Source of the DNA: Candidatus Zhuqueibacterota bacterium
Lineage (GTDB): Bacteria > Zhuqueibacterota > Zhuqueibacteria > Residuimicrobiales > JAFGEC01
Assembly: GCA_016931775.1 (NCBI GenBank)
Contig: JAFGEC010000238.1
Coordinates: forward strand, 1 to 49,462
Length of the DNA: 49,462 nt
Direction of reading: 5' to 3'
In this document: piece by piece, positions 10,105 to 18,472 of the stretch
How the letters are laid out: every line of letters starts with the position of its first letter
How positions within the stretch are numbered: position 1 is the stretch's first letter
The notes under the pieces: generated by a model
What the model was told of the DNA's origin: nothing
Seen by the model: only the letters and a program-made list of their open reading frames with translations
The model's database searches: none
Program-made: the position numbers and the translations under genes

Positions 10105-10953
10105 GTGTATTACGAAAAAAGATTACAATTTGGATTCGGCGGTGGTATTACACCGGTTGTTCGAAATTTACTTATAGCGAATGTTTCAGTTTATGTTATT
10201 CAGGCTTTTACCGGTTATTTTACAAATGCGAATACAATATCACCGCTAATCCGGCTTTTTGGATTAACACCATCTCATCTTGTTCATCATTTTAGGATCT
10301 GGCAATTATTCACCTATCTTTTTCTTCACGGCAATTTATTACATATCTTTTTTAACATGTTTGCATTATGGGTATTTGGATGTGAGCTGGAAAGATATTT
10401 AGGATCAAAAAAATTTTTACGATTTTACCTTATTACAGGTGTTGGTGCCGGCTTACTTTCTGTTATGATTAGCTGGAATTCTTCTGTGCCCATCATAGGA
10501 GCATCCGGTGCAATATATGGAGTTTTAGTCGGTTTTGCGGTTTTATGGCCGAATAGAATCATCACACTACTGCTGTTTTTTATTTTGCCCATTCAAATTA
10601 AAGCAAAATATCTGGTATCGGTTCTCGTCGGCATCTCGCTTTTTTCAGGAATTCAAAGTCACCTGTTCGGTGTTTTTGATCGTGTTGCACATTTTACCCA
10701 CCTCGGGGGGGCGATGATTGGTTTTCTCATGCTCCGTGGTGAGTATATTCTGGGAAAAGCGATCGCCAAAATTAATATGTACAATAATCAACGCAGCATT
10801 ATAAAAAAACTGAAAAAAGAAAATGAAATAGCACAAAAAAGAAAAGAAATCGATCAAATTTTGGATCGTATCAATCAAGTGGGTTATGATGCTATTTCAG
10901 ATAAAGAAAAAAAAATCCTCAAACAGGCCAGCGAATATTTTAAAGACGAATGA
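10105..10953 (+). CDS. rhomboid family intramembrane serine protease
   Basis: WQLFTYLFLH, HIFFNM, GASG catalytic Ser, AHFTHLGG; C-terminal IDQILDRI...GY helix; GTG start. Confidence 0.92.
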   Translation: MYYEKRLQFGFGGGITPVVRNLLIANVSVYVIQAFTGYFTNANTISPLIRLFGLTPSHLVHHFRIWQLFTYLFLHGNLLHIFFNMFALWVFGCELERYLGSKKFLRFYLITGVGAGLLSVMISWNSSVPIIGASGAIYGVLVGFAVLWPNRIITLLLFFILPIQIKAKYLVSVLVGISLFSGIQSHLFGVFDRVAHFTHLGGAMIGFLMLRGEYILGKAIAKINMYNNQRSIIKKLKKENEIAQKRKEIDQILDRINQVGYDAISDKEKKILKQASEYFKDE

Positions 10954-12485
10954 CTCGACATAACAAAGCCGACGCACATCCAAGAGAAATAAGTATTTTT
11001 AAATTATTTCGCATAGCTTTTATTTTTTTGCTGTTTAATGCCATGCCTGCGTTTGTGCAGGATATCAGAGTTATCGATAAAAAAGACGATAAAACTTTAA
11101 CAACGCTATCGACTCTGGAAATGGAAGGGTATAAATTTGTTAAGGCTAGAGATTTAGCGGATGCCCTTAACATCGACTATACACAAAATTTCGAAACCAA
11201 ACAATTCATTTTTCTGTTCCAACAAATTTCCATCATCGTAACCGCAGTCAATCCAAATATTATTATTGGCAGCCACATTAAACAAATGCCACTGGAGACC
11301 CTTTTATATCACAGTAATTTTTATATTCCTATCCAATATTTTTTACACTGTGTTCAGGATTTTATTCCTTTTCAGGTGGAATTCGATACAAAACAAAATA
11401 TTTTATATATATCGCGACCGGCAAATACTATCGTAAAGGTCGGAATTGAAGAAAAAGAAAACGGCCTATTATTACGAATTATCGCAACCGATCACTTTCC
11501 TCTTGATGATATTTATCTCAGTGAAACCAATGGATGGTTATACGTTGATTTTTACGGTGGATTTATTGATACGCTGTCGTCATTACACGTAAAAGGTTTG
11601 AATAAAAAAATTGCTTCAGTTATCCCCTTCCAGCTATCAAACGAATCGGCACGGATTGCCTTTAAACTGGGAACCAAAATTGAAGAAAAAACCGTTTATT
11701 CTGAGGAACAATCGCAGGAGACACTGGTATCTCTACGAACAGAAAAAAACATTTCACAGGATTTGTTGGTTGAATTGGAAAAAGAACGGGAAAAATGGAA
11801 AATAGATCTTATTATTATTGACCCTGGTCATGGTGGACGCGATCCCGGCGCCATTGGAAAAAACGGAACGTATGAAAAAAAGATAACTCTGGAAATCGCT
11901 AAAAAATTAAAAACTGAAATCGAAAAACAGTTGGATGTCAAGGTTCTTCTCACAAGAAATAACGATGTTTTTTTACCCCTAGAAAGGCGCACAAAATATG
12001 CAAACCAAAAAAACGGTAAACTCTTTCTCAGCATTCATGCAGATTCAAATCCTCACCGAGGCTTGTCGGGACACACCGTATATTTTATGGGACCGGCAAA
12101 AACTGAGGAAGCAAGAAGAGCAGCTCAACTTGAAAACTCTGTGATCCGTTTTGAGGATACACGAAACCACTATGAGGAGTTATCTGACGCATCGTTCATA
12201 CTAGCTGCGAACGCTCAAAATTCTTTCAATAAAGAAAGCCAGGCATTTGCCTCTGCAGTAAACGATGAGCTGAAAAATGAAACTGGCCGCAACGGGTATG
12301 GTGTCCGGCAGGCCGGATTTTATGTTTTATATGGTGCTTCTATGCCCAATATTCTTATTGAAACAGGATTCCTGTCCAATAGCGCCAATGAGCTTGATTT
12401 AAATAATAAAACATATCAGCAAAAAATTGCACGAGCAATTTGCCAGGGAATTATCAAAATGAAATCTCAATTCGAAGCGATGTAA
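10950..12485 (+). CDS. N-acetylmuramoyl-L-alanine amidase (Amidase_3, AmiC-like)
   Basis: IDPGHGG.DPGA, EK.ITL, SIHAD, ILIETGFLSN zinc-amidase motifs; start codon uncertain. Confidence 0.92.
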   Translation: MTRHNKADAHPREISIFKLFRIAFIFLLFNAMPAFVQDIRVIDKKDDKTLTTLSTLEMEGYKFVKARDLADALNIDYTQNFETKQFIFLFQQISIIVTAVNPNIIIGSHIKQMPLETLLYHSNFYIPIQYFLHCVQDFIPFQVEFDTKQNILYISRPANTIVKVGIEEKENGLLLRIIATDHFPLDDIYLSETNGWLYVDFYGGFIDTLSSLHVKGLNKKIASVIPFQLSNESARIAFKLGTKIEEKTVYSEEQSQETLVSLRTEKNISQDLLVELEKEREKWKIDLIIIDPGHGGRDPGAIGKNGTYEKKITLEIAKKLKTEIEKQLDVKVLLTRNNDVFLPLERRTKYANQKNGKLFLSIHADSNPHRGLSGHTVYFMGPAKTEEARRAAQLENSVIRFEDTRNHYEELSDASFILAANAQNSFNKESQAFASAVNDELKNETGRNGYGVRQAGFYVLYGASMPNILIETGFLSNSANELDLNNKTYQQKIARAICQGIIKMKSQFEAM

Positions 12486-13375
12486 AACTCTCCCTGTTTT
12501 GTTTTTCTTTTCTCAAATTCCTCATTTATACCTCTAAGAACCGCCAGCTTGTTGAGGGTCCAGAAGGGAGCCAAAAGTTGCTCCTTAGGTGCTTCCGCCG
12601 TCAGGCGTTGGATAACCATACCGGGCGGCAATCTTTCCAAAAAATCACAAACATACTGAATATAATCATCCAACTCCAGCGTAGAAAAACGATCGTCCTG
12701 ATATATCCTTTCCAGGGGTGTATCACGCAAAATCAACAAGGGGTGTAACTTTACCTCGTGTGTGCTATTATGGGCAATTACTTGGGCGGTTTGTAACAAT
12801 TCACTGCGGGTTTCCTCAGGAAGGCCAATCATAATATGTGTACATATCCGGACTTTCACTGACAACAGATCTATTACAGCCTGGGCATAATCCTTAAAAG
12901 TATGTCCTCGATTGAGCAATTGAAGCGTTCGATCATGAATGCTCTGCAAACCCAATTCTATCCACAAATCGATTTTGCCCGAAAGCTCGTCCAAAAGGTT
13001 CAATACGGAATCCGAAATACAATCCGGCCGTGTTGCGATGGATAATCCAACAACATTTTTAAATGAAATAGCTTGATAAAAATATTCTCGCAGAACGGAA
13101 ACCGGGGCAAAAGTGTTTGTAGAAGATTGAAAATACACAATAAATTGATCAATCCCCATTTTTTCTTTACCAAATTTTAATCCGTGCTGAATCTGGGTAT
13201 TTATATCCAAATTTTGGAGCGATTGCAGTTTGGAAAAACTGTCGTTTCGGCAAAATATACATCCCCCTTCCGCCTTATGAGGGCATGAAAAACCGGCGTC
13301 AATGGATATTTTCCACACCTTTTGGCCGTAACGTTGTTTTAGAAAATCAGAAAATTTGAAATAATAGCCGGACAT
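12467..13375 (-). CDS. TIGR01212-type (YhcC/YtqA) radical SAM protein
   Basis: KISIDAGFSCP...GGCIFC, YFQSSTNT, IATRPDC, ELGLQS, NRGH, VKLHPL; start probably ATG 13375 (ORF open to 13405); 3' end overlaps the amidase by 19 bp. Confidence 0.9.
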   Translation of the reverse strand: MSGYYFKFSDFLKQRYGQKVWKISIDAGFSCPHKAEGGCIFCRNDSFSKLQSLQNLDINTQIQHGLKFGKEKMGIDQFIVYFQSSTNTFAPVSVLREYFYQAISFKNVVGLSIATRPDCISDSVLNLLDELSGKIDLWIELGLQSIHDRTLQLLNRGHTFKDYAQAVIDLLSVKVRICTHIMIGLPEETRSELLQTAQVIAHNSTHEVKLHPLLILRDTPLERIYQDDRFSTLELDDYIQYVCDFLERLPPGMVIQRLTAEAPKEQLLAPFWTLNKLAVLRGINEEFEKRKTKQGEFYIASN

Positions 13376-13461
13376 AATTCCGTATATAGGGCTGTAAAAC
13401 ATCATTTGCTTGCAAATTAAAAAGGAGAAAAAACAAGGTGTTACACAGCCCCCACAAATAG

Positions 13462-14067
13462 TTAAATAATCTGTTTTTCTTTTAAAAAGTCCATGACTTT
13501 TTGTACACTCTGCACCAGGTTATACTGGCTGGTGTCAATCGTTAATTCGGGATTTTCCGGTTCTTCATACGGTGCAGAAATTCCTGTAAATTGCGGTATT
13601 TCACCTGCACGCGCTTTTTTATAGAGTCCTTTGGGATCCCGCTGTTCAGCGACATCCAGCGGGACTTTTACAAACACTTCGATAAACTCGCCATCATTCA
13701 ATAACTTACGGGCGTTATTCCGATCCTCACGATACGGTGAAATAAAAGCAGTCATTGTGATCACACCGGCATGAGAAAATAACTTGGCGACTTCACCGAT
13801 CCGGCGAATATTTTCAGCCCGGTCATCAGGGGAAAAGCCAAGATTTTTATTCAAACCATAACGAATATTGTCTCCATCCAAAACATAACATAAATGTCCG
13901 TTTTCAAATAATCTGGTTTCAACAGCCCTGGCAAGTGTGGATTTACCGGATCCGGACAAACCCGTATACCAAATAACGACGCCTTTCTGATTGAGCAATT
14001 GCTCACGGTCTTTTTTTTCCACATCTCCACCGTGCCAGGTTATATTGGTTGCCTTTTGTTCAGCCAT
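13462..14067 (-). CDS. cysC: adenylyl-sulfate kinase
   Basis: [11 protein letters not shown]-loop, [36 protein letters not shown]. Confidence 0.97.
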   Translation of the reverse strand: MAEQKATNITWHGGDVEKKDREQLLNQKGVVIWYTGLSGSGKSTLARAVETRLFENGHLCYVLDGDNIRYGLNKNLGFSPDDRAENIRRIGEVAKLFSHAGVITMTAFISPYREDRNNARKLLNDGEFIEVFVKVPLDVAEQRDPKGLYKKARAGEIPQFTGISAPYEEPENPELTIDTSQYNLVQSVQKVMDFLKEKQII

Positions 14068-14093
14068 AATTTTTTCACTCCATTTTTGATCGG

Positions 14094-15266
14094 TTATGAT
14101 AAAGTTTTATAGTAATCCATAAGAATTTGCGCAACCTCGGGGCGGCTGAATTCTTTTGGCGGTAACTGGCCGTTGTCCAGCATCTCGCGGACTTTGGTTC
14201 CGGAAATAAGCACGCGGTCTTCTTTACCGTGCGGGCAGGTTTTCATCGACGCCATACCATCGCATTTGTGACACCAAAATGTCCAATCTATTTTTAATGG
14301 CTCAATCTGCAGTTCGTCGTCATCAATATCATCGAAAATAGACTGTGCATCAAATGGGCCGTAATAGTTGCCGACACCGGCATGATCACGCCCGACGATC
14401 AAATGGCTGCAGCCGAAATTCTGACGAAAGACAGCATGCAAAACGGCTTCGCGCGGTCCACCATATCGCATTTCCATTGGATAAACTTTGAGCACGACCC
14501 TATCCTGCGGATAGTAATTATCCAACAAAACCTGATAACATTTCATACGTGTATCTGCCGGAATATCGCCGGCTTTTAACTTGCCAACCAGGGGATGTAT
14601 AAAAACACCATCACAAACTTCCATAGCTATCTTTGTACAATATTCATGCGATCTATGGATCGGATTCCGCGTTTGAAAACCGGCAACAGTCGACCAGCCA
14701 AGCTTCTCGAACAAGGCGCGGGTTTCGGAAGGTCGGGCATAATGATCGCCGTATAGACCGGGATAAATCCCTTCACTTATGACTTTCACCGGACCGGCAA
14801 GCAGTATATCGCCCTGCGCATAAATCTTTGCAACCCCGGGATGGGCCTCTTCATCCGTCCGAAAAACCTTTTTTGCCTCCAGCTTTTTGTCATATGTGTA
14901 TTTTTCGCTCACTTGCATACTGGCCATCAGGTCGCCGCTTTCGTCATCCACAAGTGCAACTTCACTGCCTATGGATACCGTATCGGCTTGCTTCTTGGTC
15001 AACGATAATGTAATGGGTATCGGCCATAAAGTTCCATCAGCCATATGCATTTCGTTTACGACACCCATATAGTCGTCATGTCCCATAAATCCTGCCAGCG
15101 GACTAAAAGCTCCCATCGCCAGCATAATCAAATCAGATGTTTCACGGGATGAAAGTCGGACCTGCGGTAAAGAAATAACTTTCTTCTTTTCCTCAACCAA
15201 CGATTCTCCGGTTAACAATAAGGGTTTAAGCTGACCTCCATGTGGTAAAACCAGTTTACTCGACAT
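14094..15266 (-). CDS. sat: sulfate adenylyltransferase (Sat-type ATP sulfurylase)
   Basis: [53 protein letters not shown]; start ATG 15266 after GGAG. Confidence 0.96.
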   Translation of the reverse strand: MSSKLVLPHGGQLKPLLLTGESLVEEKKKVISLPQVRLSSRETSDLIMLAMGAFSPLAGFMGHDDYMGVVNEMHMADGTLWPIPITLSLTKKQADTVSIGSEVALVDDESGDLMASMQVSEKYTYDKKLEAKKVFRTDEEAHPGVAKIYAQGDILLAGPVKVISEGIYPGLYGDHYARPSETRALFEKLGWSTVAGFQTRNPIHRSHEYCTKIAMEVCDGVFIHPLVGKLKAGDIPADTRMKCYQVLLDNYYPQDRVVLKVYPMEMRYGGPREAVLHAVFRQNFGCSHLIVGRDHAGVGNYYGPFDAQSIFDDIDDDELQIEPLKIDWTFWCHKCDGMASMKTCPHGKEDRVLISGTKVREMLDNGQLPPKEFSRPEVAQILMDYYKTLS

Positions 15267-15299
15267 AATTACTCCCATCTTAAAACAAATAAATAAAAA

Positions 15300-15545
15300 C
15301 TACAGATAACCAAGTGTGCGCAATCGTTTCCTGATCGCCTCTATTTCCTGCTTGCTGAGGGCCGTCTCATCATCATGGTACGCGGATTGTTCAGAAGAGG
15401 CAAGATCTCGTAAAACGTACACGATAAAATCAGTAACTGAATTAAATCCACTGTCCTCCACAATCCTCGTTAACCGATCGTAGAGCACACGGGGAATTTT
15501 AATCGTTACCTTGGAATCTGTACGATTTTGTGAATTATCATTCAT
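15300..15545 (-). CDS. CopG/ribbon-helix-helix protein with C-terminal 'RLRTLGYL' helix
   Basis: VTIKIPRVLYDRL...GFNSVTDFIVYVLR fits the RHH pattern; start ATG 15545 after GGGAG. Confidence 0.78.
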   Translation of the reverse strand: MNDNSQNRTDSKVTIKIPRVLYDRLTRIVEDSGFNSVTDFIVYVLRDLASSEQSAYHDDETALSKQEIEAIRKRLRTLGYL

Positions 15546-15567
15546 ACAACACTCCCATAAGAGTGCT

Positions 15568-15596
15568 ATAATACTACATTTCAATCAAATAATCAA
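15568..15596 (-). promoter_or_regulatory. putative sigma70 promoter of RHH-sat-cysC
   Basis: Minus strand TTGATT-N17-TATTAT. Confidence 0.55.
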
Positions 15597-15681
15597 GGGA
15601 AAAATTTACAACACGCACAGGAGGAAGACACTTTCACATTTGTTCATCACTTAAGTGTTAAAAACCCCCAAAATATTCATT

Positions 15682-16260
15682 TCAATATATTTTAATATCA
15701 CCGAATGTCAGGCTGCAAACAACCAGCAACCTATTTGATGCGTTTTCGTAATTTTCAGATTCATAGGTGCCGCGTTGTGATAATCCGTCCCATCTTTTAT
15801 CAAATATCTTGATATCACCTGCAACATTGCTCGCATGTACTTTAATCGGTAAATCTTTCGGAACTGAAAATTTGATACTGCCAAAAGTCGTCACCAGGTT
15901 CAGTCTCTTCTCACCGTCAGTCACCGAAACCGCCGTCCCGTCGACAATAACATCTCCAAATGTTGTTCGAATCTCACCGCCCTTAAAATTTCTACTTTGC
16001 AGTGTCACCTTAATATCGCCAAACGCATTGGATTGAATAATATTGTCCAAATCCGAAATGACGGATCGGTCTCCAATTGCGTTTTTGGGTATTTTCGGAC
16101 CCTTAAATATAACATAAAAGCCAAAAATAATAAAAACAGCCGGCCAGAAGGTTGACACAAAATCGCCAAAATCCAATATATCAGTATTGTTCAGGATAAA
16201 CAATATTCCGATAAAAATGAGTACAAAACCAAAAATTATTGATGGTTTATTTGACCTCAT
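15682..16260 (-). CDS. LiaF-like cell-wall-antibiotic response membrane protein
   Basis: N-terminal TM hairpin with FWP..., then repeated FGD/AGD beta motifs typical of LiaF/DUF2154. Confidence 0.78.
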   Translation of the reverse strand: MRSNKPSIIFGFVLIFIGILFILNNTDILDFGDFVSTFWPAVFIIFGFYVIFKGPKIPKNAIGDRSVISDLDNIIQSNAFGDIKVTLQSRNFKGGEIRTTFGDVIVDGTAVSVTDGEKRLNLVTTFGSIKFSVPKDLPIKVHASNVAGDIKIFDKRWDGLSQRGTYESENYENASNRLLVVCSLTFGDIKIY

Positions 16261-16282
16261 ATCATGCTCCATTCATTGGAGG

Positions 16283-17218
16283 TCATTTGCCGGGATATGC
16301 CTGGCCCTGTAATTCGGCGACTAATTTTTCTGCTTCCATGGCCGCCTGACAGCCACTACCCGCAGCCGTAATGGCCTGCCGATATATGGAATCCTGAACA
16401 TCACCACAAGCAAACACACCGGTTATATTGGTTCTCGTTCGCCGGTCGGTAATAATTGTATTGTCCGGTGCAAGTTTAATCTGATCATCGAAAAGATCGA
16501 CATTTGGCAAATGACCGATAAATATAAAAACGCCGTCAACAGGAAATTCTATTTTTTCATTTGTTTTTACGTTACGCAGCACAAGATGTTTCACAGAATC
16601 ATCACCTACAATGCTGTCCACAACTGTATCCCACACAATGCCTATTTTTTCATGCTTGAAAGCCCGCTCCTGCAGAATAGCATCCGCTCTCAATCTATCC
16701 CGTCTGTGAATAATTGTCACCTTTTTAGCGAATCGAGTTAAAAATAATCCTTCATCCAATGCACTATTCCCACCACCAATAACTGCAACATGTTTGTCTT
16801 TGAAAAAGAATCCGTCACACGTTGCACAATATGAAACGCCTTTACCTGTGAGTTCTTTTTCGCCGGCAACATCCAGTTTTCTCGGTGTTGAGCCCGTTGC
16901 GATAATAACTGTTTTTGCTTTAAATTCATTTGTCGCTGTTTTAACAACTTTTACATTACCTGTTAAATCGACTTGTGTTACCACATCGTCCAAAATTTCC
17001 GCGCCGAATTTTTTTGCCTGTTTCTCCAAAGACTGATACAATTCAAAGCCACCCAGGCCATCCGGAAAGCCCGGAAAATTTTCCAAATCATCCGTCAAGG
17101 TTACCTGGCCTCCTTTTTCCATTCCGGAAATCACCAAAGGATCCAGATTAGCCCGGGCTGTATATATGGCCGCAGTAAGCCCGGCAGGACCGGAACCGAT
17201 GATTATAACATTATACAT
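16283..17218 (-). CDS. trxB: thioredoxin-disulfide reductase
   Basis: IIGSGPAGLTAAIY, SYCATCDG active site, GGGNSA, FACGDV, RQAITAAG; start ATG 17218 after GGAGG. Confidence 0.97.
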   Translation of the reverse strand: MYNVIIIGSGPAGLTAAIYTARANLDPLVISGMEKGGQVTLTDDLENFPGFPDGLGGFELYQSLEKQAKKFGAEILDDVVTQVDLTGNVKVVKTATNEFKAKTVIIATGSTPRKLDVAGEKELTGKGVSYCATCDGFFFKDKHVAVIGGGNSALDEGLFLTRFAKKVTIIHRRDRLRADAILQERAFKHEKIGIVWDTVVDSIVGDDSVKHLVLRNVKTNEKIEFPVDGVFIFIGHLPNVDLFDDQIKLAPDNTIITDRRTRTNITGVFACGDVQDSIYRQAITAAGSGCQAAMEAEKLVAELQGQAYPGK

Positions 17219-17276
17219 TTCCACCTCCAAATTTTAAAAGATTTTATTTATTAGATAATCCAGGGTGGATTTTTCT

Positions 17277-17747
17277 TCAAAATATTTCAACAACTTTATA
17301 AGATAAAATCCCAGCTGGAACTTTTATCTCCACTATATCATTCACCGACTTGCCGATAAGTGCTTTGCCGACAGGTGAATCTCCTGAAACAGCGTCAGGA
17401 TCAAATGTATTAAACTCAGCAGTGGGAACAATTTCGTAAATGATCTCTTCCTTGCTCGCAACATCGACCAACTTTACTTTACTGCCAATGTGAACCTGCG
17501 AGGAGTTCATCATCTCTTCACTCATAACTCGGGAACGAGCCAGTGTTTCCTCCAGACGCGCAATTTTTCTTTCTATCAGAACTTGTTTTTCTTTTGCTGC
17601 CGAATATTCAGCGTTTTCACTCAAGTCGCCATGCTCTCTTGCCTCAGCGATGGCTTTTATGATATCCAGCCTGTCAACCTTTTTAAGCTGAATCAGTTCT
17701 GAATGCAGTTTGTCAAACTGGGCTTGAGAGAGATACATCGGTTTCAT
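17277..17747 (-). CDS. greA: transcription elongation factor GreA
   Basis: AREHGDLSENAEY.AAKE motif; SPVGKALIG. Confidence 0.96.
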   Translation of the reverse strand: MKPMYLSQAQFDKLHSELIQLKKVDRLDIIKAIAEAREHGDLSENAEYSAAKEKQVLIERKIARLEETLARSRVMSEEMMNSSQVHIGSKVKLVDVASKEEIIYEIVPTAEFNTFDPDAVSGDSPVGKALIGKSVNDIVEIKVPAGILSYKVVEIF

Positions 17748-17784
17748 TTATACACCTCATTTTTGTTCGATCTTTGATATAGAT

Positions 17785-17829
17785 AAAAAAACAAACCGAA
17801 TCCCAAAACAGCAATTGGATTCGGTTTGT
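17785..17829 (-). terminator. intrinsic terminator in the greA 5' leader (attenuator-like)
   Basis: Minus strand ACAAACCGAATCC-13 nt-GGATTCGGTTTGT (13-bp stem) followed by a U-run, about 40 nt upstream of the greA ATG. Confidence 0.75.
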
Positions 17830-17836
17830 ATATTGA

Positions 17837-17865
17837 AAACTAGTAAAAAAAAGTCTTCAAGTCAA
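17837..17865 (-). promoter_or_regulatory. putative greA promoter
   Basis: Minus strand TTGACT-N17-TAGTTT immediately upstream of the leader hairpin. Confidence 0.5.
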
Positions 17866-17945
17866 GGAAAATCTACACTTGTATGAAAAAGACTTGATTT
17901 TAATAACTTTGATATTAAATTGGTAAAAAAATAAATGAGCAAACT

Positions 17946-18461
17946 ATGCAAAACGACACCATTATTGTCGTCATCACAACGGGCGGAACCATTGAAAAAT
18001 CCTATGACGAAAAAACCGGGATTTTGGTCAACCGGGGTTCGCATTTAAAAAAAATGTTAAAAAGACTACGGTTACCGTTTGTCCAAATTAAACATTATAA
18101 TCTTCTGTGTAAGGATTCTCTGGAAATGAGCCTCGATGACCGTTTGAATATTTACAAAACGGTCATGACCAGCCTCGATAAGGACAATTCACCCATTGTC
18201 ATTTTACACGGAACAGATACCATGCAGGAAACAGCACAACTGCTATATGAAAAAATACCAAATCCCGCATTTCCCATCATTATGACTGGAGCGATGAGGC
18301 CGTTTGGATTCGAAAACTCCGATGCATTGCAAAATTTTACAGAAGCTTTGTTGGCCGCTCAGCTTATAAAGGGAGGCATATATATTGCCATGCATGGTAA
18401 AATTCATAGAATGCCGGGTATAGTAAAGGACTATGAACGCGGGACATTTGTTAAAATATAA
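17946..18461 (+). CDS. short asparaginase-domain protein
   Basis: TTGGTIEK and HGTDTM catalytic-Thr motifs plus TGAMRP; only the N-terminal domain is present (171 aa). Confidence 0.85.
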   Translation: MQNDTIIVVITTGGTIEKSYDEKTGILVNRGSHLKKMLKRLRLPFVQIKHYNLLCKDSLEMSLDDRLNIYKTVMTSLDKDNSPIVILHGTDTMQETAQLLYEKIPNPAFPIIMTGAMRPFGFENSDALQNFTEALLAAQLIKGGIYIAMHGKIHRMPGIVKDYERGTFVKI

Positions 18462-18472
18462 AAGGATCCAAA

